Positions 23,887-33,045 of a stretch of DNA of 64,000 bases are shown here, piece after piece (position 1 is the first letter of the stretch; each line of letters opens with the position of its first letter). The stretch lies in the NCBI GenBank assembly GCA_032906705.1, contig JAJTZC010000001.1, positions 9,464 to 73,463 on the forward strand. The letters run 5' to 3'. The notes beneath the pieces are model-generated. The model was given only the letters and a program-made list of their open reading frames with translations. It was not told the origin of the DNA and ran no database searches. A program made the translations under genes and the position numbers. The stretch comes from Nitrososphaerales archaeon (GTDB taxonomy: Archaea > Thermoproteota > Nitrososphaeria > Nitrososphaerales > Gagatemarchaeaceae).

Positions 23887-24195
23887 TATCCAGGTGAATA
23901 GGAAGAGCATCACGTAGCTCCCGATGCCTGTGCTGTAGAGCTTGGTCAGCTTCGCGGCTTCTAACTTCCTGTACCAGCCGTACTTCGCGATGTAGTAGGT
24001 CAGGAGGAAGACGAAGAGCCCGACAAGGATACCGTAGCTGAAGTCTAGGCCGGGAAGCCGGAACACGAAGTAGGCGACGACCCCCGCAGCGACTCCGGAA
24101 CCAATCCGGAGCCAATAGAGCTTATCAAATGGGTTCCGCATGGCTCGATTCTCGGCGGGGTGATTCTTGTTGGGAGAACTCTCAGGCATTGACAT
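23866..24195 (-). CDS. small two/three-TM membrane protein resembling EMC6/Rab5-interacting family
   Basis: 109 aa. [14 protein letters not shown]..., a basic loop KYGWYRKLE, and [21 protein letters not shown] are collinear with human EMC6 (SALSGATAGILGL..., [29 protein letters not shown]). Confidence 0.5.
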   Translation of the reverse strand: [109 protein letters not shown]

Positions 24196-26008
24196 ACTTC
24201 CCCTTGTAAGGGAGATTGACGAGACGCTGCGAGGAACCTACGTTAATAATGTTTTTTCGATTGGGAGCGGCCAGGTTCTCCGGTTCAGGCGCCCTGGCTC
24301 AGAGGACTCCATGCTCGTGGTGTCGCCCCGATTCGGAGCCTGGATCTCGGAGAAGGTCGCAGAGCGGACCGAGACGACAGATTTCACCTCGAAGCTTCGG
24401 GCACAGGTCGGGAGGTCCAAGTTCGTAGGGGCAGGTCAGACGGACCTCGACAGAATCTTTGACATCACCCTGGGAGAGGGGGATTCTCTCAGGCACCTCG
24501 TCCTCGAGCTGATGCCCCCAGGCAACATCGTCGTGACTGACGGCGAGGGCAAGATACAACTCCTGCTGAAGGAGGTGAGGTCCACGAAGAGGAGACTGTC
24601 AAGGGGAGGAAGGTACACGCCCCCACCCCAGGGGCGCCAGAGCCCGGAAGCCGTCACTGAAGAAGATGTCAGACAGGCGCTGGACCGAGAAAAGACTGTC
24701 GGGAGCGCGATAGGAAGGCACGTCGCACTTCCCAAGAAGTACGTGCGGGAGGTGCTTCGCAGGGTTGACCTGGAAGAGCTCACGGATTCTCGGGACCTAC
24801 TGGGGAGGGCGGGCGAAATAGCGAAGGCTATCGGACAATTGGTCAAGGCCGCGAGGGACGCGCCCTCGCCTTGCTTGGCAGAAACCGATGGGGGCGAGGA
24901 GATTTTCGCAGTTCAGCCCACGGGAATAGCACCGAAGGAGTTGGCTGCCTCGGTCTCTGTTCTCTGCGATGAGATCTTCCTTCCTGCAATCCTGACAGAG
25001 GCGAGCTCGAAGCCAGACCCAGAGGACGAGCGGCGCAGGGAAATCGAGGTCACGATTGGTCGCCTCGAGAATCAAGAAAAAGAGATGACCGTGAAGGCAC
25101 AAATGCTGAGGGAGTTGGCAGGGAGGGCCAAAGCATCGCGGAACCTCACCGAGGCCTTGAAGCTCCTCGCCGAGGCTGGAGACAGCGGCAGTCGGGTTCT
25201 CCAAGCGCCCGAATCAAGGGAGGCAGTCTCTTCCAGGATCTATGGGTGGGCGAAGGACGCTGAGCGGAAGGCGGCGGAAGCCAAAGCCGCTGCAGCAACG
25301 CTCTCCCGCAAGAACGTCTCGAAAGGAGCGTCCCGCAGGAAGGCAACAACCGAACTCAGGAGGAAGAGCGGCGAATGGTACGAGAAGTTCCGCTGGTTCA
25401 TGACCACCGGAGGGAAGCTTGCCATCGGCGGGAGGGACGCACAATCCAACGCGCTGCTGGTTAGAAGACACCTGGACGACGGCGACACGGTGTACCACGC
25501 AGACCTTTTCGGATCGCCCTTCTTTGTCCTGAAAGGTGGAAAGGGGCAGACCCCTGCCGAGGTGCTAGAAGTCGCCCAAGCGACGGTGACATTCAGCAGC
25601 GCTTGGAAGACGGGGCTCGGGGCAGCGGACGCGTACTGGGTCGTCAAGGAACAGATAGGCACGGCGGCGCCGAGCGGCCAGTACTTGGCGAAGGGAAGCT
25701 TCATGATCACGGGCAAGAAGAACAAAGTGGAGCACTGCCTGGTCGAAGCAGCCGTCGGGATTGACCATATGGGCCGGGTCGTATCGGGGCCTGAGAGCGC
25801 CATAGCTGCATCCGCCATCGCCTACCTCGTACTCGTCCCCCACAGAGAGAAGGCTTCGCAGACGGCAAGCAGAGTGGCGCGGGACCTGGCCCTTCTGACG
25901 GTGCTTGATGCGAAAATCAACCTGGACGACGTGTTGAGGGCTCTGCCCCCGGGGGGAGGCAAGGTCACCCGAAAAGGGTCGCCACACCACGATGATAAGC
26001 CGAAATAA
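24167..26008 (+). CDS. NFACT-family protein (RqcH/NEMF homolog, ribosome quality control)
   Basis: NFACT-N-like N-terminus, a coiled-coil middle, and an NFACT-R/DUF814 block GGRDAQSNALLVRRHLDDGDTVYHADLFGSPFFVLKGG. Confidence 0.8.
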   Translation: MLGELSGIDILPLVREIDETLRGTYVNNVFSIGSGQVLRFRRPGSEDSMLVVSPRFGAWISEKVAERTETTDFTSKLRAQVGRSKFVGAGQTDLDRIFDITLGEGDSLRHLVLELMPPGNIVVTDGEGKIQLLLKEVRSTKRRLSRGGRYTPPPQGRQSPEAVTEEDVRQALDREKTVGSAIGRHVALPKKYVREVLRRVDLEELTDSRDLLGRAGEIAKAIGQLVKAARDAPSPCLAETDGGEEIFAVQPTGIAPKELAASVSVLCDEIFLPAILTEASSKPDPEDERRREIEVTIGRLENQEKEMTVKAQMLRELAGRAKASRNLTEALKLLAEAGDSGSRVLQAPESREAVSSRIYGWAKDAERKAAEAKAAAATLSRKNVSKGASRRKATTELRRKSGEWYEKFRWFMTTGGKLAIGGRDAQSNALLVRRHLDDGDTVYHADLFGSPFFVLKGGKGQTPAEVLEVAQATVTFSSAWKTGLGAADAYWVVKEQIGTAAPSGQYLAKGSFMITGKKNKVEHCLVEAAVGIDHMGRVVSGPESAIAASAIAYLVLVPHREKASQTASRVARDLALLTVLDAKINLDDVLRALPPGGGKVTRKGSPHHDDKPK

Positions 26009-26032
26009 CCCGTCCTGTCGAGACCGTGCGGT

Positions 26033-28048
26033 TTGACCGTACCTGTCAGAGAGATCCTCATTCAGAACTACTTCCCCTACGCATTGGAGGTCATGTACGC
26101 AGCTTTCTTCATCGCTGGGTTGGTCATGCTCTACGGGCTCTACAGGCACCTGCGGGGCTACGGCATAGGCCTCAGGCAGTTCCTTTCGCTCTCAACCGAG
26201 GATTTCACAACCAAGGTCGGGCGTTTCCTCGAATTCGGACTCGGCCAAAGGAAAGTGCTTCGCGACAGGGGAGGTGGAGTAATGCACGGTGCGCTGTTCT
26301 ACGGCTTCCTGATGCTCCTGGCCTATACGACGCTCATTTTCGTGCAGAACGACCTTCTCCCGCTCCTCACGCCTTACACCTTCGTGCGGGGCCCTAGCTA
26401 TCTGGCCCTTGAGTTCCTTGGAGACACCCTTGGTATCGCCTTTATCGTCGGCCTGATGATTGCGATATACAGGCGATTCGTCGCGAGGCTCGAGAAGCTC
26501 GAGACCAAGAGAGACGACTATCTAATCTTGGGCATGCTGGTCTGGATTGGCGCCTCAGGGTTCATAATCGAGGCGCTGAGGTTCCTGATCTTGCCCGTCA
26601 GCTGGACCCCCTTCTCTCCCGTGGGGGACGCGCTTTCGACGCTTTTCGCATACTCGCCCGTGCCGCTCGACGGGCCTGGGCTCTACCAGGCGTTCTGGTG
26701 GACCCACATGTTCTCCGTCATGACACTGATCGCCATCACACCGTACACCAAGCTGGTGCACGTCTTCACATCTGGATTCAACGTCGCACTGGCGCCAGTC
26801 AAGTCCATGGGGAAGCTGAACACCCCGTTCAACCTGCAGGAGATGCTCCAGAGCGAGCAGGTAGAGACCCCGAAGAACGTGAAGAGCACGCGCGAGCTCT
26901 CCCCTCTTCAGCTGCTCGCCCTGGACGCGTGCACCAACTGCGGCAGATGCCAGGAGGTCTGTCCCGCCTACGCGAGCGGCAGGGACCTCTCGCCGAGGAT
27001 CGTCGTCCAGGACCTCGGCCACGATATGAATGTCCCTGGCGCGGGAGACGTCTTCTCGAAGGGCGTGATCAGGGAGTCGGAGCTGTGGGCCTGCACGATG
27101 TGCAATGCGTGCGTCTCAGTGTGTCCAGTTTTCATCGACCCAGTCGGATACATCCAAGAGTTTAGGCGCACCTTGGTCAACGAGAGCAGGCTCGACGGGA
27201 AGAAGAAGATCTTCCTGGAGAGCATAGGCAGGTACGGGAACCCGTTCGGACTGCCCCCCGCGGACAGGCAGACCTGGCTCACAGAACTGGGCGTCAAGAC
27301 GATAGCCGAGAACCCCAACGCCGAGTACCTGTATTGGGTAGGTTGCCAGTCGAGCTACGACCTGAGGAGCAGAAATGTGGCAAAGTCGGTGGTCAAGATT
27401 CTGAACGAGGCGGGGGTCAGCTTCGCGGTGCTCGGCAGCGAGGAGACGTGCACCGGCGAACCCGTGAGGAGAATGGGCGAGGAGGGGAGGTTCCAAGAGC
27501 TCGTGATTAAGAACCTAGCCACCCTGCAGAAGCATGGAGTCAAGAAGGTGGTCGTCCACTGCGCCCACTGTTTCAACACTTTTCGGAACGAGTACCCCGA
27601 GTTCGGGGGGAACTTCGAGGTCGTGCATCATTCTCAGCTCATAGCGCGACTAATCGAGGACGGGAGGCTGAAGCCAGGGCGACTGGATACAAAGGTGACA
27701 TTCCATGACCCGTGCAACCTAGGAAGGACAAACGGCGTCTTCGAGGAGCCTCGGGATGTGCTGTCTTCAATGGGCGGGGTTGAGCTCCGGGAAATGAAGC
27801 GTTCGAGGGAGGCTAGCTTCTGCTGCGGAGGTGGCGGGGCCAACGTCTGGTACAACGTTGAGGAAAAGAAGAAGGTGAGCGTCATCAGGGCAGAGGAGGC
27901 TGCAGCGACCGGTGCCCAGACGCTTGCGGTCGGCTGTCCCTTCTGCATCACAATGTTCGAGGACGCCTTCAAGACAATCGGCGGGCAAAGCCCGGAGGTC
28001 AAGGACATCGCTGAGCTGGTGGCGGAGTCTCTGGGGGAACAAGGATGA
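26033..28048 (+). CDS. membrane-bound Fe-S oxidoreductase: NarI/DsrM-like b-type membrane domain, 2x[4Fe-4S] and two CCG domains (HdrD/DsrK/EtfD-like)
   Basis: About 5-6 N-terminal TM helices with conserved His. CTNCGRCQEVCP and CTMCNACVSVCP clusters. CCG-type Cys clusters (VGCQSSYD...CTGE...HCAHC; HDPCNLGR...FCCGGGG...GCPFC). Confidence 0.8.
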   Translation: MTVPVREILIQNYFPYALEVMYAAFFIAGLVMLYGLYRHLRGYGIGLRQFLSLSTEDFTTKVGRFLEFGLGQRKVLRDRGGGVMHGALFYGFLMLLAYTTLIFVQNDLLPLLTPYTFVRGPSYLALEFLGDTLGIAFIVGLMIAIYRRFVARLEKLETKRDDYLILGMLVWIGASGFIIEALRFLILPVSWTPFSPVGDALSTLFAYSPVPLDGPGLYQAFWWTHMFSVMTLIAITPYTKLVHVFTSGFNVALAPVKSMGKLNTPFNLQEMLQSEQVETPKNVKSTRELSPLQLLALDACTNCGRCQEVCPAYASGRDLSPRIVVQDLGHDMNVPGAGDVFSKGVIRESELWACTMCNACVSVCPVFIDPVGYIQEFRRTLVNESRLDGKKKIFLESIGRYGNPFGLPPADRQTWLTELGVKTIAENPNAEYLYWVGCQSSYDLRSRNVAKSVVKILNEAGVSFAVLGSEETCTGEPVRRMGEEGRFQELVIKNLATLQKHGVKKVVVHCAHCFNTFRNEYPEFGGNFEVVHHSQLIARLIEDGRLKPGRLDTKVTFHDPCNLGRTNGVFEEPRDVLSSMGGVELREMKRSREASFCCGGGGANVWYNVEEKKKVSVIRAEEAAATGAQTLAVGCPFCITMFEDAFKTIGGQSPEVKDIAELVAESLGEQG

Positions 28049-28797
28049 AGTGCAACGTCAAGAGGGAACTACGGTCAGGAAAGGTCACCCTCGGGACGTG
28101 GGTGACCATAGCTCACTCCGACGTGCCAGATATCTTCGAGGCACTGGGCTTTGACTGGCTCGTCTTCGACACCGAGCACGGCCCCATGAGCGCGGAGAGC
28201 CTGGCGACACTGATCCAGGCGGTCGACTGCGAGAAGGTCTGCCCCATAGTGCGGGTGGGTGCCATAGACCAGTACCTCATCAAGTCTGCCTTGGACATGG
28301 GCGCCCACGGGGTCGTTTGTCCTCTGGTCAACTCGAAGAAGGACGCGAAGGCGGCGGGGAGCTTCGTGAAGTATCCGCCTCTTGGAGTGCGGGGAGTGGG
28401 GCCGAGGAAGGCTGCCGACTACGGGCTCGCTTTCGCTGACTACATCAGGACGGCAAACGAGTCGACACTGCTGGTCGCGCAGATAGAGACACAACAAGCT
28501 CTCGAGAACGTTGAGAGCATCCTAGCCGTCCCCGAGGTCGATGTGGCTTTCGTCGGGCCTTCTGACCTCACCATGTCTCTCGGCCTCCTCGACGACAGGT
28601 CCAATCCGAAGGTGTTGAACGCCATGAAGGCTGTTGTGCGAAGCTGCGAAAGCAGGCACAAGGTTCCAGGCACTCTTGCAGCGACCCCGGATGAAGCGAA
28701 GCGGGCTGCCTCCCTCGGGTTCAGGTTCATCGGTCTCGGCTCCGACACGCGGTTCCTGATCAGTGGAGCGAGGCCGTTCATTGACTCTGTGAAGTAG
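28045..28797 (+). CDS. HpcH/HpaI-family aldolase (2-keto-3-deoxy-acid aldolase-like)
   Basis: LRSGKVTLGTWVTIAHSDVPDIFEALGFDWLVFDTEHGP. The ATGA overlap with the upstream gene indicates translational coupling. Confidence 0.8.
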   Translation: MKCNVKRELRSGKVTLGTWVTIAHSDVPDIFEALGFDWLVFDTEHGPMSAESLATLIQAVDCEKVCPIVRVGAIDQYLIKSALDMGAHGVVCPLVNSKKDAKAAGSFVKYPPLGVRGVGPRKAADYGLAFADYIRTANESTLLVAQIETQQALENVESILAVPEVDVAFVGPSDLTMSLGLLDDRSNPKVLNAMKAVVRSCESRHKVPGTLAATPDEAKRAASLGFRFIGLGSDTRFLISGARPFIDSVK

Positions 28798-30016
28798 TGA
28801 CTTGCATCGCGTCGAGGCGGGCTAGCGGCCTGGCGACAATGCTGGCAACTCCGAAGGCGAGAATCACGATCCCTGAGAACAAGATTCCTGTGGTGACTCC
28901 GAAAGTAGCGGCGGAGTAGATCGCGAATAGGATTCCCGCAGGTACAGTAACGTAGTCGAAGAAATGCTGGAGTCCGAAGAGCCGACCCATCAGCGGCTTC
29001 GGAACCGTCTGCTGGAAGTACGTGTTCTGCACTATGCTAATCAACGGTATCGAAGCGCCGAACGCCGCTATCGCAAGGAGGGCCACGGGGAGAGTCCTTG
29101 CGAAGGAGGTCAGAGTGATGAAGATTCCCATGCCAAACATGGAGCAGACGACCGACAGCCTGCGCCTCCGAAGCCCCCTTCGCCCGAGATATGCTGAGAC
29201 GGCCAAGATTCCAACTGCGCTCAACGCGTTCAGGGCCCCATATCCCGCGCTCCCTGAATTCAGAACGTCGCGGGCGAAGATGATGCAGTAGACATACCAG
29301 AAACCTCCAAGGCCGAAGTTGACGCCCCCAACCAGAAGGCTCAGCCACACAAGCTCCGCCCGCGACCTGAAGTAGGCCCAACCCTGGCGGAACTCACTCC
29401 TCCAGTTTCCTACCGCGCCGAGAGTCTTGGCGACAGTCGGGACGCGCATAAGCAACAGGGCCACCACAAGCACAAGGAAGCTGACGCTGTCGATAGAAAG
29501 AGAGGCGGCGATGCCGAGCGCGTAGATGGCGACGCCTGCGGCTGCAGGGCCGACGATGCTGTCGACCTGGAGGGTTGCAGTGAACGACGAGTTGGCCGCG
29601 AACAAAGATTCAGCCCCGACGAGGAGAGGCAAGACCGCCTGAGACGCAATGTCGAAGACGGCGCCTATGAGGCCGACAAGGAAGGAGACGACGTACACGA
29701 GCGGCGCCGAGGCTAGACCGAACACGACTGCTGCAGCAAGAAGGCCGAAGAGGATTCCCCGGGAGACCTCAGTCAGCAGCATCAGCCTCCTCTTGTCGTA
29801 TCTGTCCACGAAGACCCCGCCCCACAGCCGTACGACTGACCTGGGAATCAGGAAGAAGAGCCATGTCACGCCAAGGCTGAAGACTGAGCCAGTCGCGGTG
29901 TAGACAAGCCACGAAATGGCAAGCTCGCCGAAGTAGTCGCCGAATTCGGAAAAAGCCCTGCCGCCCAATAGGTAAAGGAAGTTCCGGTTGCTGCGGAGAC
30001 TCCCGCTCCCTCGCAA
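28778..30016 (-). CDS. MFS transporter (EntS/MFS_3-like)
   Basis: 412 aa with 12 TM-like segments. N-terminus is NRNFLYLLGGRAFSEFGDYFGELAISWLVY. TATA-like CTTATCTAA sits about 26 nt upstream of the TTG start. Confidence 0.8.
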   Translation of the reverse strand: MRGSGSLRSNRNFLYLLGGRAFSEFGDYFGELAISWLVYTATGSVFSLGVTWLFFLIPRSVVRLWGGVFVDRYDKRRLMLLTEVSRGILFGLLAAAVVFGLASAPLVYVVSFLVGLIGAVFDIASQAVLPLLVGAESLFAANSSFTATLQVDSIVGPAAAGVAIYALGIAASLSIDSVSFLVLVVALLLMRVPTVAKTLGAVGNWRSEFRQGWAYFRSRAELVWLSLLVGGVNFGLGGFWYVYCIIFARDVLNSGSAGYGALNALSAVGILAVSAYLGRRGLRRRRLSVVCSMFGMGIFITLTSFARTLPVALLAIAAFGASIPLISIVQNTYFQQTVPKPLMGRLFGLQHFFDYVTVPAGILFAIYSAATFGVTTGILFSGIVILAFGVASIVARPLARLDAMQVTTSQSQ

Positions 30017-30088
30017 TAATCACAAAGAATCGGTCGGGTTAGATAAGCGTAATCGGAAATTGAGGGTGGGCAGTCGCAGTCGCGGAGG

Positions 30089-31021
30089 TTAGGGCTTCCT
30101 AGATGCCAGGGCGCGCCGTAGGGCTGGGACTATCTGATACAGGTCACCGACAACGCCATAATCGGCAGCCTGGAAGATGGGGGCGTCCTTGTCCGAGTTA
30201 ATCGCAGCGATTATCCTGGAGTCCTTGATGCCCGCGACATGCTGGAGCTGACCCGAAATACCCACGGCCAGATAGAGGTCTGGGCGCACAGTCACTCCTG
30301 ATAAGCCGATGTGACACTCCTCCGGCAACCATCCGAGGTCTGAGGAGAGAGGGCGCGAGCACCCGACCGCTCCACCGAGCTCTTGAGCAAGGCCTTCAAT
30401 CATGGGGAGGTCCTCCTTTCTCCTAATCCCCCTTCCTACCGACACTATGATCTTTGCGCTCTTCAAGTCAACGGCGCCGACCTGTTTCTTCGTGGTTTGG
30501 AGCAGCCTGACCTTCGAAGAGATCTCGCCCACGTCCAACTCTTCCACAGCTGAGGGTCCGGCAGCGGCGGGCGAGTATGCCCCGAGCATAACCGTAGCAA
30601 CGCACGGTAGCGGAGTGCTCATTTTGGCGAGCACCTTCCCCGCGAACACGTTCCGCTCTCCGACAAGCATCTGACCCGAGATTGCGAAACGGAAGGCGTC
30701 GCTCATGCAGCCTGTCCCCAGCTTCGTCGCAAGCCTCGAGGCTATCTCCTTCCCCTGCTTCGTCGCGCTGACGAGTATCACAGAGGGGCTCAACTTCTTC
30801 GCGGCGCGGTAGATTGCCTCGGCCACTACCTCAGGAAGGGAGGATGCAGTCGAACCGCTCCTGAGGACGAGCTTCTTCCTGGTCCTGACTCCGGTCCTCG
30901 CCTGCCCGAACTCAACTACTACCGCCTCGCCCCCGACCGAGTCTGCGATGCTGGTCGCAGCTTCGGAAACCTCGTTTGCATGGTCATCTGATTCGGAGTA
31001 GGACCAGACCAGTACACTCAT
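30089..31021 (-). CDS. etfA: electron transfer flavoprotein alpha subunit
   Basis: C-terminal FAD-binding pattern: IVSVGRGI...GCSRPL...GLSGVTVRPDLYLAVGISGQLQHVAGI...IIAINSDKDAPIF. Confidence 0.9.
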   Translation of the reverse strand: MSVLVWSYSESDDHANEVSEAATSIADSVGGEAVVVEFGQARTGVRTRKKLVLRSGSTASSLPEVVAEAIYRAAKKLSPSVILVSATKQGKEIASRLATKLGTGCMSDAFRFAISGQMLVGERNVFAGKVLAKMSTPLPCVATVMLGAYSPAAAGPSAVEELDVGEISSKVRLLQTTKKQVGAVDLKSAKIIVSVGRGIRRKEDLPMIEGLAQELGGAVGCSRPLSSDLGWLPEECHIGLSGVTVRPDLYLAVGISGQLQHVAGIKDSRIIAAINSDKDAPIFQAADYGVVGDLYQIVPALRRALASRKP

Positions 31022-31788
31022 TTTTGGAGTACACCCTCCGATGCAAGAGCGTCGACCAGCTTCTTGGCCGCCTCCTCCGGCGTTCCCTCGATAACGAGAT
31101 GTCTTCTGTTCATCGCCTGTGCGCTCATCGAGATTACCCCCACGTTTCCACCTGAGAGGCCTGCTGGTCCTAGCGTTTCCAAGGTCACGTCCTGGACGGG
31201 CTTCTTCGCAGCCTGCATTATCTGGATCAGTGTCGGGTACCTCGGTTCGTTGATTTCACTGACCACGGAGACAACAAAAGGGAGGGGACACTCGACGGAC
31301 CTGAGGCTCTCCTCGAGCGATTGCTCCACCTTTGCGACCCCTGTCGAGATTTCTATCTTCCTTGCGTACCCGACATACGGGAGTGCAAGAAGCTCGCCCA
31401 ACATGGGGGGAACCTGACCTGTATAGCTGTCCGAGGACCCTTCGGCACAGATCACTACCTCAAATGTTCCCGCCCACCTGATGGCAGCTGCCAGTGCGCG
31501 TGCGGTCCCCAGCGAGTCCATCGTTCCCAGCTCGGCGAGCACGTGGACAGCCCCGTCAGCCCCCATCGCGAGCGCCTCCTTGAGCGTCTTCTTGGCGTCC
31601 GGGCTCCCCACTGTGAATATGACGACCTCGCCGCCGTGAGCCGACTTCATCCGCACGGCCTCCTCGACCGCGTTCTTGTCGAACGTGCTCATCTTCGAGG
31701 GCGCCCCCGCCAAGATAGGCTTCCCTTCTTGGTCAGTCCTGAGCTCGGATTCGTCCACTGCATGCTTGACGCAGACAGCTATCCTCAA
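31018..31788 (-). CDS. etfB: electron transfer flavoprotein beta subunit
   Basis: (M)RIAVCVKHAVDES... N-terminus when started at the TTG that overlaps the ACAD stop (TTGA). The longest ORF (to 31878) adds an implausible Arg-rich leader. ATGA overlap with etfA. Confidence 0.9.
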   Translation of the reverse strand: MRIAVCVKHAVDESELRTDQEGKPILAGAPSKMSTFDKNAVEEAVRMKSAHGGEVVIFTVGSPDAKKTLKEALAMGADGAVHVLAELGTMDSLGTARALAAAIRWAGTFEVVICAEGSSDSYTGQVPPMLGELLALPYVGYARKIEISTGVAKVEQSLEESLRSVECPLPFVVSVVSEINEPRYPTLIQIMQAAKKPVQDVTLETLGPAGLSGGNVGVISMSAQAMNRRHLVIEGTPEEAAKKLVDALASEGVLQK

Positions 31789-32981
31789 AGCGACCGGGCC
31801 AGCTCCTTCCTCGCGATCAAGAGCCTGAGGACCTCGGAGGTCCCCTCGCCGATCGTGAGCAACCTGGCGTCGCGCCAATGCCTGTGAATGTCGTCCGTCG
31901 TGTAGCCGTACCCTCCGAAGATCTGGATGGCCGCATCGCAGACGCGGAGTGACATTTCGGTCGAGAAGACTTTGGCCTGCGAGGCCTCCGAAGAGAAGTC
32001 AGCTCTCGATTCGCGGAGCCGCGCCGCATGCATGCACAGGAGCCTCCCCGCCGTGATCCCTGTTTTCATGTCAGCGATTTTTTCCTGAGTCAGCTGGAAC
32101 TCGGAGATGGCGGACCCGAACGCCTTTCGCTGCTTGCTGTAGGCGAGCGCCTTGTCGAAAGAAGCCTGCGCGATCCCGACGCAGATGGAACCCATCACTA
32201 TCCTGCTGCCGTTCAGCATCGCCTTCGCGTAATCGAAACCCTTGCCCTCTTCGCCCACCAGCATCTCTCGAGGCACCTTGCAGTCGGTGAACCTGACCTC
32301 GGAGGTCCTGGACCCTCGCATCCCCAACTTTGCGATGTCTCCGCCGAACTGAATCCCTGGGACAGTCTTCTCCACCAGGAAGCTTGATGGCCCCTTCTCG
32401 GTGGTTGCGAAGACGAAGTAAATGTCAGCCTCCCCCGCGTTCGTGATGTACATCTTGGAGCCGTTCAGGACGTATTCACCTCCGCTCTTCTTCGCCCTGG
32501 TGTTCATCGCCTTCGCATCCGACCCCGACGTGGGCTCGGTGAGGCTGAACGAGGCCAGCCTCCTGCCAGCTATGATGTCGGCGAGGAATTCCTTCTTGAG
32601 CGCCTCCGAGCCAAACTGACTGAGCCCCTCGGCAGCCGTGTTGTGAATCCCGATGCTGAGCGCTATGCTGGCGTCCGCGGCGCCCAAGAGCTCCATCGCA
32701 AGGTCGTAGACGCCGAAGGGGAGCCCCAGGCCTCCATATTGCGCTGGGTAGGCGATCTGAACGATACCGTTATCGAGGAGGGTCTTCCGCGCGGACTGAA
32801 TCGTCTTGGTTTTGGAGTCGAAATCCGGCGAGCTCGGAGCAACTTGGCGCTCCAGGAGGGTACCGATGGAGGAGAGTAGGCCGGCGTACTCTTCGTGTTC
32901 TGAGTAGTTGAACTTCAGGATCTGCCTGTGCTCTGTTCTGAAAAGGACCAAGTAACTCCAGCCGCGCTGACTTTGGGCCAA
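31785..32981 (-). CDS. acyl-CoA dehydrogenase
   Basis: Typical ACAD pattern (FSLTEPTSGSDA, YITNAG, GGYGYTTDDIHRHWRDARLLTIGEGTSEV). The start is probably the TTG at 32951, given a TTAAATTT box at 32982-32990. Confidence 0.9.
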   Translation of the reverse strand: MAQSQRGWSYLVLFRTEHRQILKFNYSEHEEYAGLLSSIGTLLERQVAPSSPDFDSKTKTIQSARKTLLDNGIVQIAYPAQYGGLGLPFGVYDLAMELLGAADASIALSIGIHNTAAEGLSQFGSEALKKEFLADIIAGRRLASFSLTEPTSGSDAKAMNTRAKKSGGEYVLNGSKMYITNAGEADIYFVFATTEKGPSSFLVEKTVPGIQFGGDIAKLGMRGSRTSEVRFTDCKVPREMLVGEEGKGFDYAKAMLNGSRIVMGSICVGIAQASFDKALAYSKQRKAFGSAISEFQLTQEKIADMKTGITAGRLLCMHAARLRESRADFSSEASQAKVFSTEMSLRVCDAAIQIFGGYGYTTDDIHRHWRDARLLTIGEGTSEVLRLLIARKELARSL

Positions 32982-33045
32982 ATTTAATGATTCTTATCGC
33001 ATCGGCCATTCAAGTTCAAAAAGGCGAAGCATATGTCCGCACGCC

